Shown one piece after another: positions 13,790 to 20,891 of a stretch of 32,000 nucleotides of DNA. Within the stretch, counting starts at the first letter, position 1; each line of letters opens with the position of its first letter. The stretch is from NCBI RefSeq assembly GCF_001306055.1, contig NZ_LGHJ01000002.1, positions 20,754-52,753 of the forward strand, read 5' to 3'. The DNA comes from Bellilinea caldifistulae (lineage in GTDB: Bacteria > Chloroflexota > Anaerolineae > Anaerolineales > Anaerolineaceae). The notes below the pieces were generated by a model. It did no database searches. It saw nothing but the letters and a program-made list of their open reading frames with translations, and was not told where the DNA came from. Made by a program: the position numbers and the translations under genes.

Positions 13790-13826
13790 AAGGATGTTCA
13801 TCTATTCCACTTTGAGGAGGCTATAA

Positions 13827-14081
13827 ATGGTTTTTCGTAATTGTTCCAGTGAGGATGAAGTTTTAGATAATCTTGCTATTCTTTACAGGGTGCAGTTATC
13901 CCTTGTAAAGGACGCAAGAGAGCGGGGGAAAGTGCCTGCTTTCAATATGGCTTATTTTTTTGCGGATGTTTTAGATTGTTTGGGACGGCTAGATTACGAG
14001 GCTTTGGTTAGGGTGATGGGCGAGAGTGTGGCTAGAAAAATTTGGGATGAGGTGAAGCCTTTCAATGGACGGGCGAATTAG
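13827..14081 (+). CDS. Hypothetical small protein (84 aa), low GC, no recognisable family
   Basis: GAGGAGG lies 7 nt upstream of the ATG. The predicted product is helical and acidic (MVFRNCSSEDEVLDNLAILYRVQLSLVKDARERGKV...). The first 120 nt contain 50 G+C by hand count, compared with 41/60 in a hutU line. It overlaps the next ORF by 17 nt. Confidence 0.65.
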   Translation: MVFRNCSSEDEVLDNLAILYRVQLSLVKDARERGKVPAFNMAYFFADVLDCLGRLDYEALVRVMGESVARKIWDEVKPFNGRAN

Positions 14082-14301
14082 TCGGCTTGAGTTTTCCAGA
14101 CGACAAAAACAGGTTTTGGCGCTGATTGCACAAGGTTATACGACCGGTCAGATTGCTTTGTCTTTGGGCATAAGTAAGCGAACCGTTTTGGCTTATTCGG
14201 CATATTTGCGAAGCATGACCGGTACTGCTAACAATGCTGGCCTGGTGCATGTGTGTTGGCAGTTGGGCGTTTTGCCTTTGGATGAAGGCCGGCCTTCCTA
14301 G
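14065..14301 (+). CDS. Stand-alone LuxR/GerE-type helix-turn-helix protein (78 aa)
   Basis: LSRRQKQVLALIAQGYTTGQIALSLGISKRTVLAYSAYLRSMTGTANNAGLV matches the GerE/LuxR C-terminal HTH (LSxRExxVL...G.t..eIA..L.iS..TV..h). There is no receiver or ligand domain. GAGGTGA lies 9 nt upstream of the ATG. Confidence 0.8.
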   Translation: MDGRISRLEFSRRQKQVLALIAQGYTTGQIALSLGISKRTVLAYSAYLRSMTGTANNAGLVHVCWQLGVLPLDEGRPS

Positions 14302-14543
14302 TCGAGCGTAGCCCAAGCCCCGCACGGAGTAAGGGGCGCAGGGCGGAGCGAGTGTGTATGTGAAGCCGAAGCCCGCAAGCGGAGCGTTTAGCGGAGCATT
14401 GCGGGCGTAGGCTTGACCTACCCTTTGCCCCCGCAGGGGGCAAGCGCATTGTGGGGGGCTTGCCCCCCACAGGGCGCAAACTTTCAATGGCGGACATTTG
14501 CTAGCCCGCAGCCCGGAGGGCAAGGGCGGTAGCAAAGGACGCC
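14302..14543. repeat. Right-hand array of GC-rich hairpins
   Basis: It includes GCCCC-N11-GGGGC (14321-14341), GTAGG-CTTGA-CCTAC (14407-14421) and GCCCCC-GCA-GGGGGC (14427-14441). It also includes the perfect 10-bp stem TGTGGGGGGC-TT-GCCCCCCACA (14450-14471). It shares the words GAGCGTAGCCC and GCAGGGCGGAGCG with the left array. Confidence 0.75.
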
Positions 14544-14624
14544 GTGAGGCGGGCGGGTTTTGTGCGTGAGTGAAGCGGAGCGGAGCGAACGCACGAAAAC
14601 CCTACCTTGATTAGCCCGCCGAAC
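14544..14624 (+). repeat. Structured element B, a paralogue of element A with the long hairpin nested inside the small one
   Basis: GTGAGGCGGGC (14544-14554) and GCCCGCCGAAC (14614-14624) now flank GGGTTTTGTGCGT-[GAGTGAAGCGGAGCGGAGCGA]-ACGCACGAAAACCC (14555-14602). TACCTT follows the hairpin. CTTACCTTTTC follows the whole element, compared with CTTACCTTATTC after element A. Confidence 0.75.
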
Positions 14625-14648
14625 TTACCTTTTCTTTCAGGTCTGAAT

Positions 14649-14790
14649 CATGGTTCACGACCGCTGATCGGCACTCACCCACACTCATCAACGGGGCATG
14701 TTCACGACCGCTGACCGGCACTCACCAACACTCATCCACGGGGCATGATTCACGACCGCTTACCTATGCTTGCCAGTGGGGCATGATTGA
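14649..14790 (+). repeat. Tandem 47-48-bp direct repeats (two full copies, one 38-bp copy, one stub)
   Basis: R1 at 14649-14696 is CATGGTTCACGACCGCTGATCGGCACTCACCCACACTCATCAACGGGG. R2 at 14697-14743 is CATGTTCACGACCGCTGACCGGCACTCACCAACACTCATCCACGGGG. R3 at 14744-14781 is CATGATTCACGACCGCTTACCTATGCTTGCCAGTGGGG. CATGATTGATG follows. Unit lengths are not multiples of 3. Confidence 0.85.
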
Positions 14791-14873
14791 TGTTGGCCAC
14801 CAGAGCGTATCACTTACGATTTACTTTATTCACTTACGGCATAAGTTGAATGTTTGCTTACTGCTTTGCGTCA

Positions 14874-14929
14874 GTTTCAATCCGTTGTTCTGAGACGCTT
14901 TATCGAAACTATGTGTTTCAGGGTGAAAC
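14874..14929 (+). repeat. GTTTC...GAAAC-terminated 36-nt segment followed by the hairpin GTTTCA-GGG-TGAAAC, in an AT-rich tract
   Basis: GTTTCAATCCGTTGTTCTGAGACGCTTTATCGAAAC lies at 14874-14909 and GTTTCAGGGTGAAAC at 14915-14929. The surrounding 14800-14965 region is visibly AT-rich and ends in T8 (14954-14961). Confidence 0.5.
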
Positions 14930-14973
14930 GGCTACTTTGCTTTCATTCAATCAGTTTTTTTTATCCTGCTCTA

Positions 14974-14996
14974 CGCCGTCAGGCAGCGTGGCAATC
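14974..14996 (+). repeat. Right copy of the 23-bp direct repeat
   Basis: CGCCGTCAGGCAGCGTGGCAATC matches 13337-13359 at 22 of 23 positions. It lies 57 nt downstream of the stop of the 302-aa gene on the opposite strand. Confidence 0.8.
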
Positions 14997-15052
14997 TCCT
15001 GCACAGGTGATTGAGTACCACTCAACCGCTCTCTATCGGTGCAGATGCCCGA

Positions 15053-15961
15053 TCAGCGCTGGCGGAAGAGCAGCCGCAGGCTGCCGGTGAAGGCTTCACT
15101 GCCCTCGCCGCAAGTCGGCGCTTGCAAACCGTTGATGGTCTCGCTCAATTCCCCCACCCGCAGGCTGTACACCACCCCGGCCTCCATATCGAAATCGGCA
15201 TAACCCAAACTGATCGAGGGCATCAGTCCGGTGAAAAAGGTCTCAATACCCCCATCCCATGCCACCGTGATGGCGATGCCCGGCACGGGTTTTCCGGCGC
15301 TGTCCTGTACCTCGATTAACAAGCGCGGCTGAGCTCGATTCGCTTCGCACACCGGGGTTTGTTCGGCCAGTTCAAACGGCGCCCCCAGGGTTGGCAGCGG
15401 ACTGGGCTGGACGCGCGGTGTGAAGGTCGGGCGCGGTGTCGGCGGTGGGCTGGTCGGGGTTGGCGGGAGCGTCGCCGTCCAGACCGCCTGGTTCAAGTCG
15501 AGGGTGGGGAAGGTCTGCGGGGTGCCCGGCAAGTCTCCACCGCCGGATGGCGGGGAGGTGGGCAGGCCGGGTGGCTGGGTGAGAACGGCACTTTGCGGGG
15601 CACTCAGCGCGGCGGCCAGTTCCGCCAGAGCGCGGATGTCCGCTTCGCTACCGCCAGCCGACTGCAAGCGCAAAGCCTGATCGGCAAGGGTTTGGGGGAG
15701 CAGATTATCCCGCAACAGACCCAGGCGGGCGCGGGCGCGTTCCAGATTCGGCTCAGCCTGAAAAGCACGCGCGATCAGCAGGCGGTAGGTGTCTTTTTCC
15801 GCCTCTGCCAGCAAAAAGGGCGAGGTATCCACCACCTGCACCGGAGCAATCACCAGCGAAATCAGCAGTCCCAGCAGCAAACCGATCACCAGCCCGGTCA
15901 ACAGGTAAAGCGGCGGCTGGCGGGGGCTTTCATCCTCTTCGTAGTAATCGTCCTCGATCAT
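15053..15961 (-). CDS. Single-pass membrane protein with a helical repeat domain, a Pro-rich linker and a C-terminal beta-rich Cys-containing domain (hypothetical)
   Basis: 302 aa. An acidic N-terminus is followed by the TM helix LYLLTGLVIGLLLGLLISLVIAPV, a helical region paralogous to the upstream 121-aa protein, a P/T/S-rich linker and a 110-aa C-terminal domain. ATGA overlap with the upstream ORF. Confidence 0.75.
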   Translation of the reverse strand: MIEDDYYEEDESPRQPPLYLLTGLVIGLLLGLLISLVIAPVQVVDTSPFLLAEAEKDTYRLLIARAFQAEPNLERARARLGLLRDNLLPQTLADQALRLQSAGGSEADIRALAELAAALSAPQSAVLTQPPGLPTSPPSGGGDLPGTPQTFPTLDLNQAVWTATLPPTPTSPPPTPRPTFTPRVQPSPLPTLGAPFELAEQTPVCEANRAQPRLLIEVQDSAGKPVPGIAITVAWDGGIETFFTGLMPSISLGYADFDMEAGVVYSLRVGELSETINGLQAPTCGEGSEAFTGSLRLLFRQR

Positions 15962-16323
15962 GGCATTGCGCTGGGGGTGAGGGTTGGCAGCCCCTTTTGC
16001 AGGGCTTGAAACAGGTTGGCAAGGGTTTCGATGTCACTGCGGGCATAACCCAGCTGCTGGCCGGTCAGGATGGCTTGCTGCACCTGACGCAGCGGCGGCG
16101 CATCTTCCAGCGCCCTCAAGCGTTCGAGCGCAGCGGCAAGATCGCCATCCTGCCGGTAAATTTCAGCGGTCATCAGCACATAATCGGCTTTGTAGTCCGA
16201 GCGCAGGGTGTGCAGGGCAAAACCGCTGGTCTGGGTGGGGCGCAGCACCCAGCCGTAAAAGATGCCGGCGGCTGCTCCGATGCCGATCATCACCACAAAC
16301 CAGATCAAACGGCGTAAGCGCAA
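15958..16323 (-). CDS. Single-pass membrane protein, a paralogue of the N-terminal half of the 302-aa protein (hypothetical)
   Basis: 121 aa. TTG start 4 nt after the hutU stop, preceded by AAGGGGTGA. The TM helix is LIWFVVMIGIGAAAGIFYGWVL. It is followed by DYVLMTAEIY...LAAALERLRAL...DIETLANLFQAL, which aligns by eye with TYRLLIARAF...LERARARLGLL...DIRALAELAAAL. Confidence 0.7.
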   Translation of the reverse strand: MRLRRLIWFVVMIGIGAAAGIFYGWVLRPTQTSGFALHTLRSDYKADYVLMTAEIYRQDGDLAAALERLRALEDAPPLRQVQQAILTGQQLGYARSDIETLANLFQALQKGLPTLTPSAMP

Positions 16324-16327
16324 CGCA

Positions 16328-17983
16328 TCACCCCTTCAACATTGGCATGCGGATGCCGCGTTGCCGGGCGCTCTGGATGGCGAGCGGGTAACCGGCATCG
16401 GCATGACGCACCACCCCCATGCCGGGATCGGTGGTCAGCACCCGTTCCAGCCGGCGGGCAGCCGCCGGAGTTCCGTCCGCTACGATTACCATGCCGGCGT
16501 GCTGGCTGAAACCAATGCCCACCCCACCGCCGTGATGGAAGGAAACCCAGGTTGCCCCGCCGGCCGTATTGATCAGAGCGTTGAGAATCGGCCAGTCGGA
16601 GATCGCATCGCTGCCGTCGAGCATCGCCTCGGTTTCGCGGTTGGGAGAAGCCACCGAGCCGGCGTCCAGGTGGTCGCGCCCGATGACGATGGGCGCTTTG
16701 AGAATGCCCTGCGCCACCATCTCGTTGAATTTGAGGCCGGCGCGGGCGCGCTCGCCGTAACCCAACCAGCAGATGCGCGCCGGCAGCCCCTGGAAGGGTA
16801 CTTTTTCGCGGGCCATCTTCAACCAGCGGTGCAAATGCTCGTCATCGGGGAAGAGTTCCATCACCGCCTGGTCGGTGCGGTAAATATCTTCGGGGTCGCC
16901 GGAGAGCGCCACCCAGCGGAACGGCCCCTTGCCTTCGCAGAACAGCGGGCGAATGTAAGCAGGCACGAAACCGGGAAAGTTAAAGGCATCTTTGACGCCG
17001 TGGTCGTAAGCTCGCTGGCGCAGGTTGTTGCCGTAATCGAACACCTCCGCGCCGCGGCGCTGAAATTCGAGCATGGCTTGCACATGGCGCGCCATCGAAT
17101 CAAGGGCGCGGCGGGCGTATTCCTGCGGTTCAGTTCGGCGCAGTTCTTCGGCCTGTTCCACACTCAAACCGCTGGGGATGTAACTGAGCACGTCATGAGC
17201 GGGGGTCTGGTCGGTGACCACATCAGGAGTGATGCCGCGGGCAGCCAGCTCGGGGTAAATATCGGCGGCGTTGGCAATCAAACCAATCGAACGCGGTTTA
17301 CCCTGGTGCTGGTACTCCTCCACCAGCGTCATGGCTTCTTCCAGTGTGTCCACCACCTCGTCCACATAGCCGATCTCCTGCCGCCGGCGGGCGCGGGCCG
17401 GGTCAACTTCCACGATCAGCCCGACCCCTTCGTTCATGGTAATCGCCAGCGGTTGAGCGCCGCCCATGCCGCCCAGGCCGGCGGTCAGCACAAACTTGCC
17501 TTTGAGCGAGGGCCAGCCTTTTTGGGCCGCCAGCGAGGCAAGCGTTTCGTAGGTGCCCTGCAAAATGCCCTGGGTGCCGATGTAAATCCACGAACCGGCG
17601 GTCATCTGCCCGTACATGATCAGGCCTTTGGCCGCCAGCTGGTCGAAGTGTTCCTGCGTTGCCCAGTGCGGGACGAGATTGGAATTGGCAATCAGCACGC
17701 GTGGTGCGTCGGGGTGGGATTTGAAGACCGCCACCGGCTTTCCGGACTGCACCAGCAGGGTTTCGTCGTCTTCCAGGGTGCGCAGGGTTTCCAGAATGGC
17801 GTCAAAGGCTTCCCAGTTGCGGGCGGCCTGACCGCGTCCGCCGTAGACCACCAGATCCTGCGGGCGTTCGGCAACCTCTGGGTCGAGGTTGTTTTGAATC
17901 ATGCGGTAAGCGGCTTCGGTCAGCCACGATTTACAGGTCAACTGCGTCCCGCGCGGGGCGCGCACCACACGAGCACCAGCCAT
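16328..17983 (-). CDS. hutU: Urocanate hydratase
   Basis: 551 aa. [52 protein letters not shown] and the overall length match HutU. GGAGGTGG SD. Confidence 0.95.
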   Translation of the reverse strand: MAGARVVRAPRGTQLTCKSWLTEAAYRMIQNNLDPEVAERPQDLVVYGGRGQAARNWEAFDAILETLRTLEDDETLLVQSGKPVAVFKSHPDAPRVLIANSNLVPHWATQEHFDQLAAKGLIMYGQMTAGSWIYIGTQGILQGTYETLASLAAQKGWPSLKGKFVLTAGLGGMGGAQPLAITMNEGVGLIVEVDPARARRRQEIGYVDEVVDTLEEAMTLVEEYQHQGKPRSIGLIANAADIYPELAARGITPDVVTDQTPAHDVLSYIPSGLSVEQAEELRRTEPQEYARRALDSMARHVQAMLEFQRRGAEVFDYGNNLRQRAYDHGVKDAFNFPGFVPAYIRPLFCEGKGPFRWVALSGDPEDIYRTDQAVMELFPDDEHLHRWLKMAREKVPFQGLPARICWLGYGERARAGLKFNEMVAQGILKAPIVIGRDHLDAGSVASPNRETEAMLDGSDAISDWPILNALINTAGGATWVSFHHGGGVGIGFSQHAGMVIVADGTPAAARRLERVLTTDPGMGVVRHADAGYPLAIQSARQRGIRMPMLKG

Positions 17984-18200
17984 GAACCACCTCCGGGGCA
18001 GGGTTATTAGAAAATTGAATAGGGACTACGGTTATTTTACAACAAATCTCCCCAAAAGCCGGTTTTCCTCGTGGGGCAAACCCGTTTCCAGCAAATTGCT
18101 GCGGTGTATTTGACGAAAATCAAAGAAGCAAGCCCATCTTTTTGGTAAGATTTTTAATGAAAATTATTATAAATATTATCTTTTTTGGAAGGATGTTTCC

Positions 18201-19457
18201 ATGAGTGAACTGATCAACAACCGCCAGCAGCGCATTGAAATCATGAAAGCGATGATTCGTCAACTGCATCAGGGAGTTGCCGAAGAAAAGGTGCAAAAAC
18301 AGCTGGAAACTTTGCTGGACGAAGCCGATTACAGCGATGTTTTCCTGATGGAAATGCAACTGATCCAGGAAGGCATACCCGCCGAAGCGATTCAGGAACT
18401 TTGCGATACCCACACGCGAGTTTTGAAGAAGCATCTTGACCTGCAGGAAACACCGGAAACCACCCCGGGTCATCCGGTGCATACCTTTATTCAGGAAAAC
18501 CGCGAACTGACCCGTACCACCGCCCAAATCCGCCACTGGATGCGTAAAATCGAAGCCCTGCCACCTGAGGCGGATGCCGCCTCGATGATGGACTCCATAC
18601 ATGTGCTGCTCAATGCGCTGATGGATGTGGAAAAACACTACCGCCGCAAAGAGAACCTGCTCTTCCCGTATTTTGAGAAAAACAACCTGCACGGCCCGCC
18701 AACGGTGATGTGGGGCAAGCACGACGAAGCGCGGGAGTTGTTGAAAGGCGCGTTGGAAGGGCTGCAGCAATTGACCGCCTGCACGGCTGCCGAAGCCCAA
18801 GCCTACAATCTCTTTGCCGTTACACCGGCGATTGAAGCGATTGATGAGATGGTGTACAAAGAGGAAAAAATCCTCCTTCCTACCGCCCTCAATCTGCTGA
18901 CCGAGCAGGAGTGGTACGAAATCTACCTGCAAAGTGATGAGTACGGGTACTGTTTGTACGCTCCGCAGTTTGAGTGGATACCCGAAGGTGGTTTTCACAA
19001 GGAAATCCGCAAGCCGCTGGCTCAGGATGGGCGCATTCAAATGCCGACCGGCAGTTTTCGGCTGGAAGAATTGATTCAGGTGTTCAAGACGTTGCCGTTC
19101 GATATTACTTTTGTGGACAAAGATGACACGGTACGCTACTTCAGCCCCGGTAAAGAACGCATTTTTTCCCGCTCGCGGGCTATTTTAGGCCGCAAGGTGC
19201 AGTACTGCCATCCACCCAAGAGTGTGCATATCGTCAACCAGATCGTCCGTGATTTCAAAGAAGGCAAACAAGATCGCGCTCGTTTCTGGATCAACCTGCA
19301 TGGACGATTGGTGTACATTGTTTATTATGCCGTGCGCAGTGATGAAGGCGAGTACCTCGGTACGCTGGAAGTGACTCAAGACCTGACCGAAGTGCGCGGC
19401 CTGGAGGGTGAACGCCGCTTGCTGGAATATGACCGCCTGCCGGCCGATGTTCATTAA
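18201..19457 (+). CDS. DUF438 / hemerythrin-like / PAS-domain protein
   Basis: 418 aa. The N-terminal IMKAMIRQLHQG...VFLMEMQLIQEGIPAEAIQELCDTHT is DUF438-like. A central HHE-type hemerythrin region follows (HPVHTFIQENREL...EKHYRRKENLLFP). The C-terminal FVDKDDTVRYFSPGKERIFSRSRAILGRKVQYCHPPKS...FWINLHGRLVYIVYYAV is a PAS_10-type domain. Confidence 0.85.
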   Translation: MSELINNRQQRIEIMKAMIRQLHQGVAEEKVQKQLETLLDEADYSDVFLMEMQLIQEGIPAEAIQELCDTHTRVLKKHLDLQETPETTPGHPVHTFIQENRELTRTTAQIRHWMRKIEALPPEADAASMMDSIHVLLNALMDVEKHYRRKENLLFPYFEKNNLHGPPTVMWGKHDEARELLKGALEGLQQLTACTAAEAQAYNLFAVTPAIEAIDEMVYKEEKILLPTALNLLTEQEWYEIYLQSDEYGYCLYAPQFEWIPEGGFHKEIRKPLAQDGRIQMPTGSFRLEELIQVFKTLPFDITFVDKDDTVRYFSPGKERIFSRSRAILGRKVQYCHPPKSVHIVNQIVRDFKEGKQDRARFWINLHGRLVYIVYYAVRSDEGEYLGTLEVTQDLTEVRGLEGERRLLEYDRLPADVH

Positions 19458-19468
19458 GGAGTGCAATC

Positions 19469-19993
19469 ATGGAAATTACTCCCAAAAGCAAGATTCACGA
19501 TGTCCTGACCCACTTTCCGCAATTAGAGGAGGAAATTATCCGTGCCGCACCGCCGTTTGAGAATCTGCGCAATCCCCTCCTGCGCCGCACGGCGGCAAGG
19601 CTGGCGACGCTTGAACAAGCCGCCCGGATAGGCGGTTTGAATCCTCTGGAACTGGTCAACCGGCTGCGCCGTCTGGCGGGACAGCCGGAATTGACCCGTA
19701 CGATGGATCTGCCGTCCCCTGCTGATATTCCGCCAGCCTCTGCCGATGACCCTGACTGGGTGAGGGGCGAACCGCAATTTGTGATAGACGGCAATCAACT
19801 GTTGGCGCGCGGTGAAGTGCCGCTTAATCACATCAATCAACTTCTCGCACAACTGGAAGAAGGGCGCAGTATCTTATTGATCACCGATTTTGAACCGCTG
19901 CCAATGATCGAATCCATTCAGAAACAAAACCGAAAAGTGTACCATAAGTTGGACGGTCAAAATCCTCATCGGCATCTCACCTATTTTGGCTGA
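19469..19993 (+). CDS. DUF1858-domain protein with a DUF2249-like C-terminal half
   Basis: 174 aa, starting 11 nt after the DUF438 gene. The N-terminal KIHDVLTHFPQLEEEII...TLEQAARIGGLNPLELVNRL fits DUF1858. The C-terminal GEVPLNHINQLLAQLEEGRSILLITDFEPLPMI resembles DUF2249. Confidence 0.75.
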   Translation: MEITPKSKIHDVLTHFPQLEEEIIRAAPPFENLRNPLLRRTAARLATLEQAARIGGLNPLELVNRLRRLAGQPELTRTMDLPSPADIPPASADDPDWVRGEPQFVIDGNQLLARGEVPLNHINQLLAQLEEGRSILLITDFEPLPMIESIQKQNRKVYHKLDGQNPHRHLTYFG

Positions 19994-20077
19994 GAGAATC
20001 GACCTGCCCCTGCCTGCGGTTTGTCTGGTTGCATTTTCAAAGTCAACAGAACACTCCCCCTCATCTCACTGAAAAAC

Positions 20078-20109
20078 AGGTCAATAACCCGGAAAGGGGT
20101 TATTGACCT
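20078..20109 (-). terminator. Terminator between convergent genes, oriented best for the CBS gene
   Basis: A 13-bp perfect stem, AGGTCAATAACCC (20078-20090) paired with GGGTTATTGACCT (20097-20109), with loop GGAAAG. On the minus strand it is followed by CTGTTTTTC. Confidence 0.7.
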
Positions 20110-20136
20110 GTGTGAAGTTGTGGAAGGGGAAGAGCG

Positions 20137-20625
20137 TTATTCCTTTTTGCCCACGTTGGGGAAACGAGGCACGGCCGGTTCGGTGGGTTCTTCTTCCTTG
20201 CCCATCACCTTGTCTTCCAGTTTGCTGATCAACTGGCGTTGGCGCTGAATAATGTTGTACAGCACATCGCCAATCGAAATCACACCGATCAGACGGTCAT
20301 TTTCAATCACCGGCAGGTGACGCACCCGGTAGCGGGTCATCAGGTCCATACACTCTTCCACTGTCTGGTCGGGATGAACGGTGTGGACGTGACTGGTCAT
20401 GATCTCGCGCACTTTGGTATCCCGTGAGGAACGTCCCTGCAAAATGACCTTGCGAGCGTAATCCCGCTCGCTGATGATGCCGACCATGTGATCATTTTCC
20501 ATGACGATCAATGCGCCTACATCTTTTTTTGCCATGGTGCGCAGTGCTTCAAAAACGGTTTCTTCCGGCCCAATCGTCCAGATATCGGTGCCTTTAATTT
20601 GCAGAATATGTCGGACGGTGTTCAT
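20137..20625 (-). CDS. CBS-domain pair protein
   Basis: ORF 20137..20703 trimmed to ATG 20625 (AGGAGG 5 nt upstream). There are two CBS repeats (VGALIVMENDHMVGIISERDY and HLPVIENDRLIGVISIGDV) and a charged C-terminal tail. Confidence 0.88.
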   Translation of the reverse strand: MNTVRHILQIKGTDIWTIGPEETVFEALRTMAKKDVGALIVMENDHMVGIISERDYARKVILQGRSSRDTKVREIMTSHVHTVHPDQTVEECMDLMTRYRVRHLPVIENDRLIGVISIGDVLYNIIQRQRQLISKLEDKVMGKEEEPTEPAVPRFPNVGKKE

Positions 20626-20891
20626 GCTGCCTCCTTTTTCAGTGTCGAAAAGCGGTGAGCGTTCTCTACACCTTATTTTATCCCATCCACCGGTTGCATT
20701 CAATTCTGTTTACAAGTTTTCATAGAAAATAGATAGAATTTGATAGTTTTCGGGCAAACCGTTCAAATGCGACACTGTGTGAATTTTCACCCCCACCGCC
20801 CGCACAACGGCGGCGCGCAGGACTGCGCCGCGATCGGCGATCCGCCGCCCCGTCAAGTCCTCATCCCGAATTGCCATTAAAATAAAACCAG

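Noticed and set aside
13176-13791. Several 79-136-aa ORFs on both strands across the left hairpin array
   Set aside because: They are translations of palindromic GC-rich repeats (runs of R, G, A and P). They lack SDs and overlap one another in all frames. The same applies to the 14062..14535 and 14228..14497 minus strand ORFs in the right array.
14649-14790. Possible CRISPR array
   Set aside because: The units are contiguous with no unique spacers. There are only about three copies, decaying in length, and no cas genes lie in the window.
14954-14969. DnaA-box-like TTATCCTGC after the T8 run, and TCATCCACG within repeat R2
   Set aside because: They match the TTATCCACA consensus at only 6-7 of 9 positions and occur as single copies. 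That is too weak to call a DnaA box without a genome-wide model.
14854-15090. 78-aa + strand ORF in the AT-rich tract
   Set aside because: It has no SD and is Cys/Arg-rich. It runs through the 23-bp repeat and into the 3' end of the convergent 302-aa gene.
16262-18010. 582-aa + strand ORF
   Set aside because: It is entirely antisense to hutU, which has unmistakable urocanase motifs. Its composition (His/Arg/Gly/Ala-rich, no motifs) is typical of shadow ORFs in high-GC DNA.
18120-19040. 306-aa minus strand ORF
   Set aside because: It is antisense to the DUF438/hemerythrin/PAS gene, which has strong family motifs and a proper SD. No motif was found in the antisense product.
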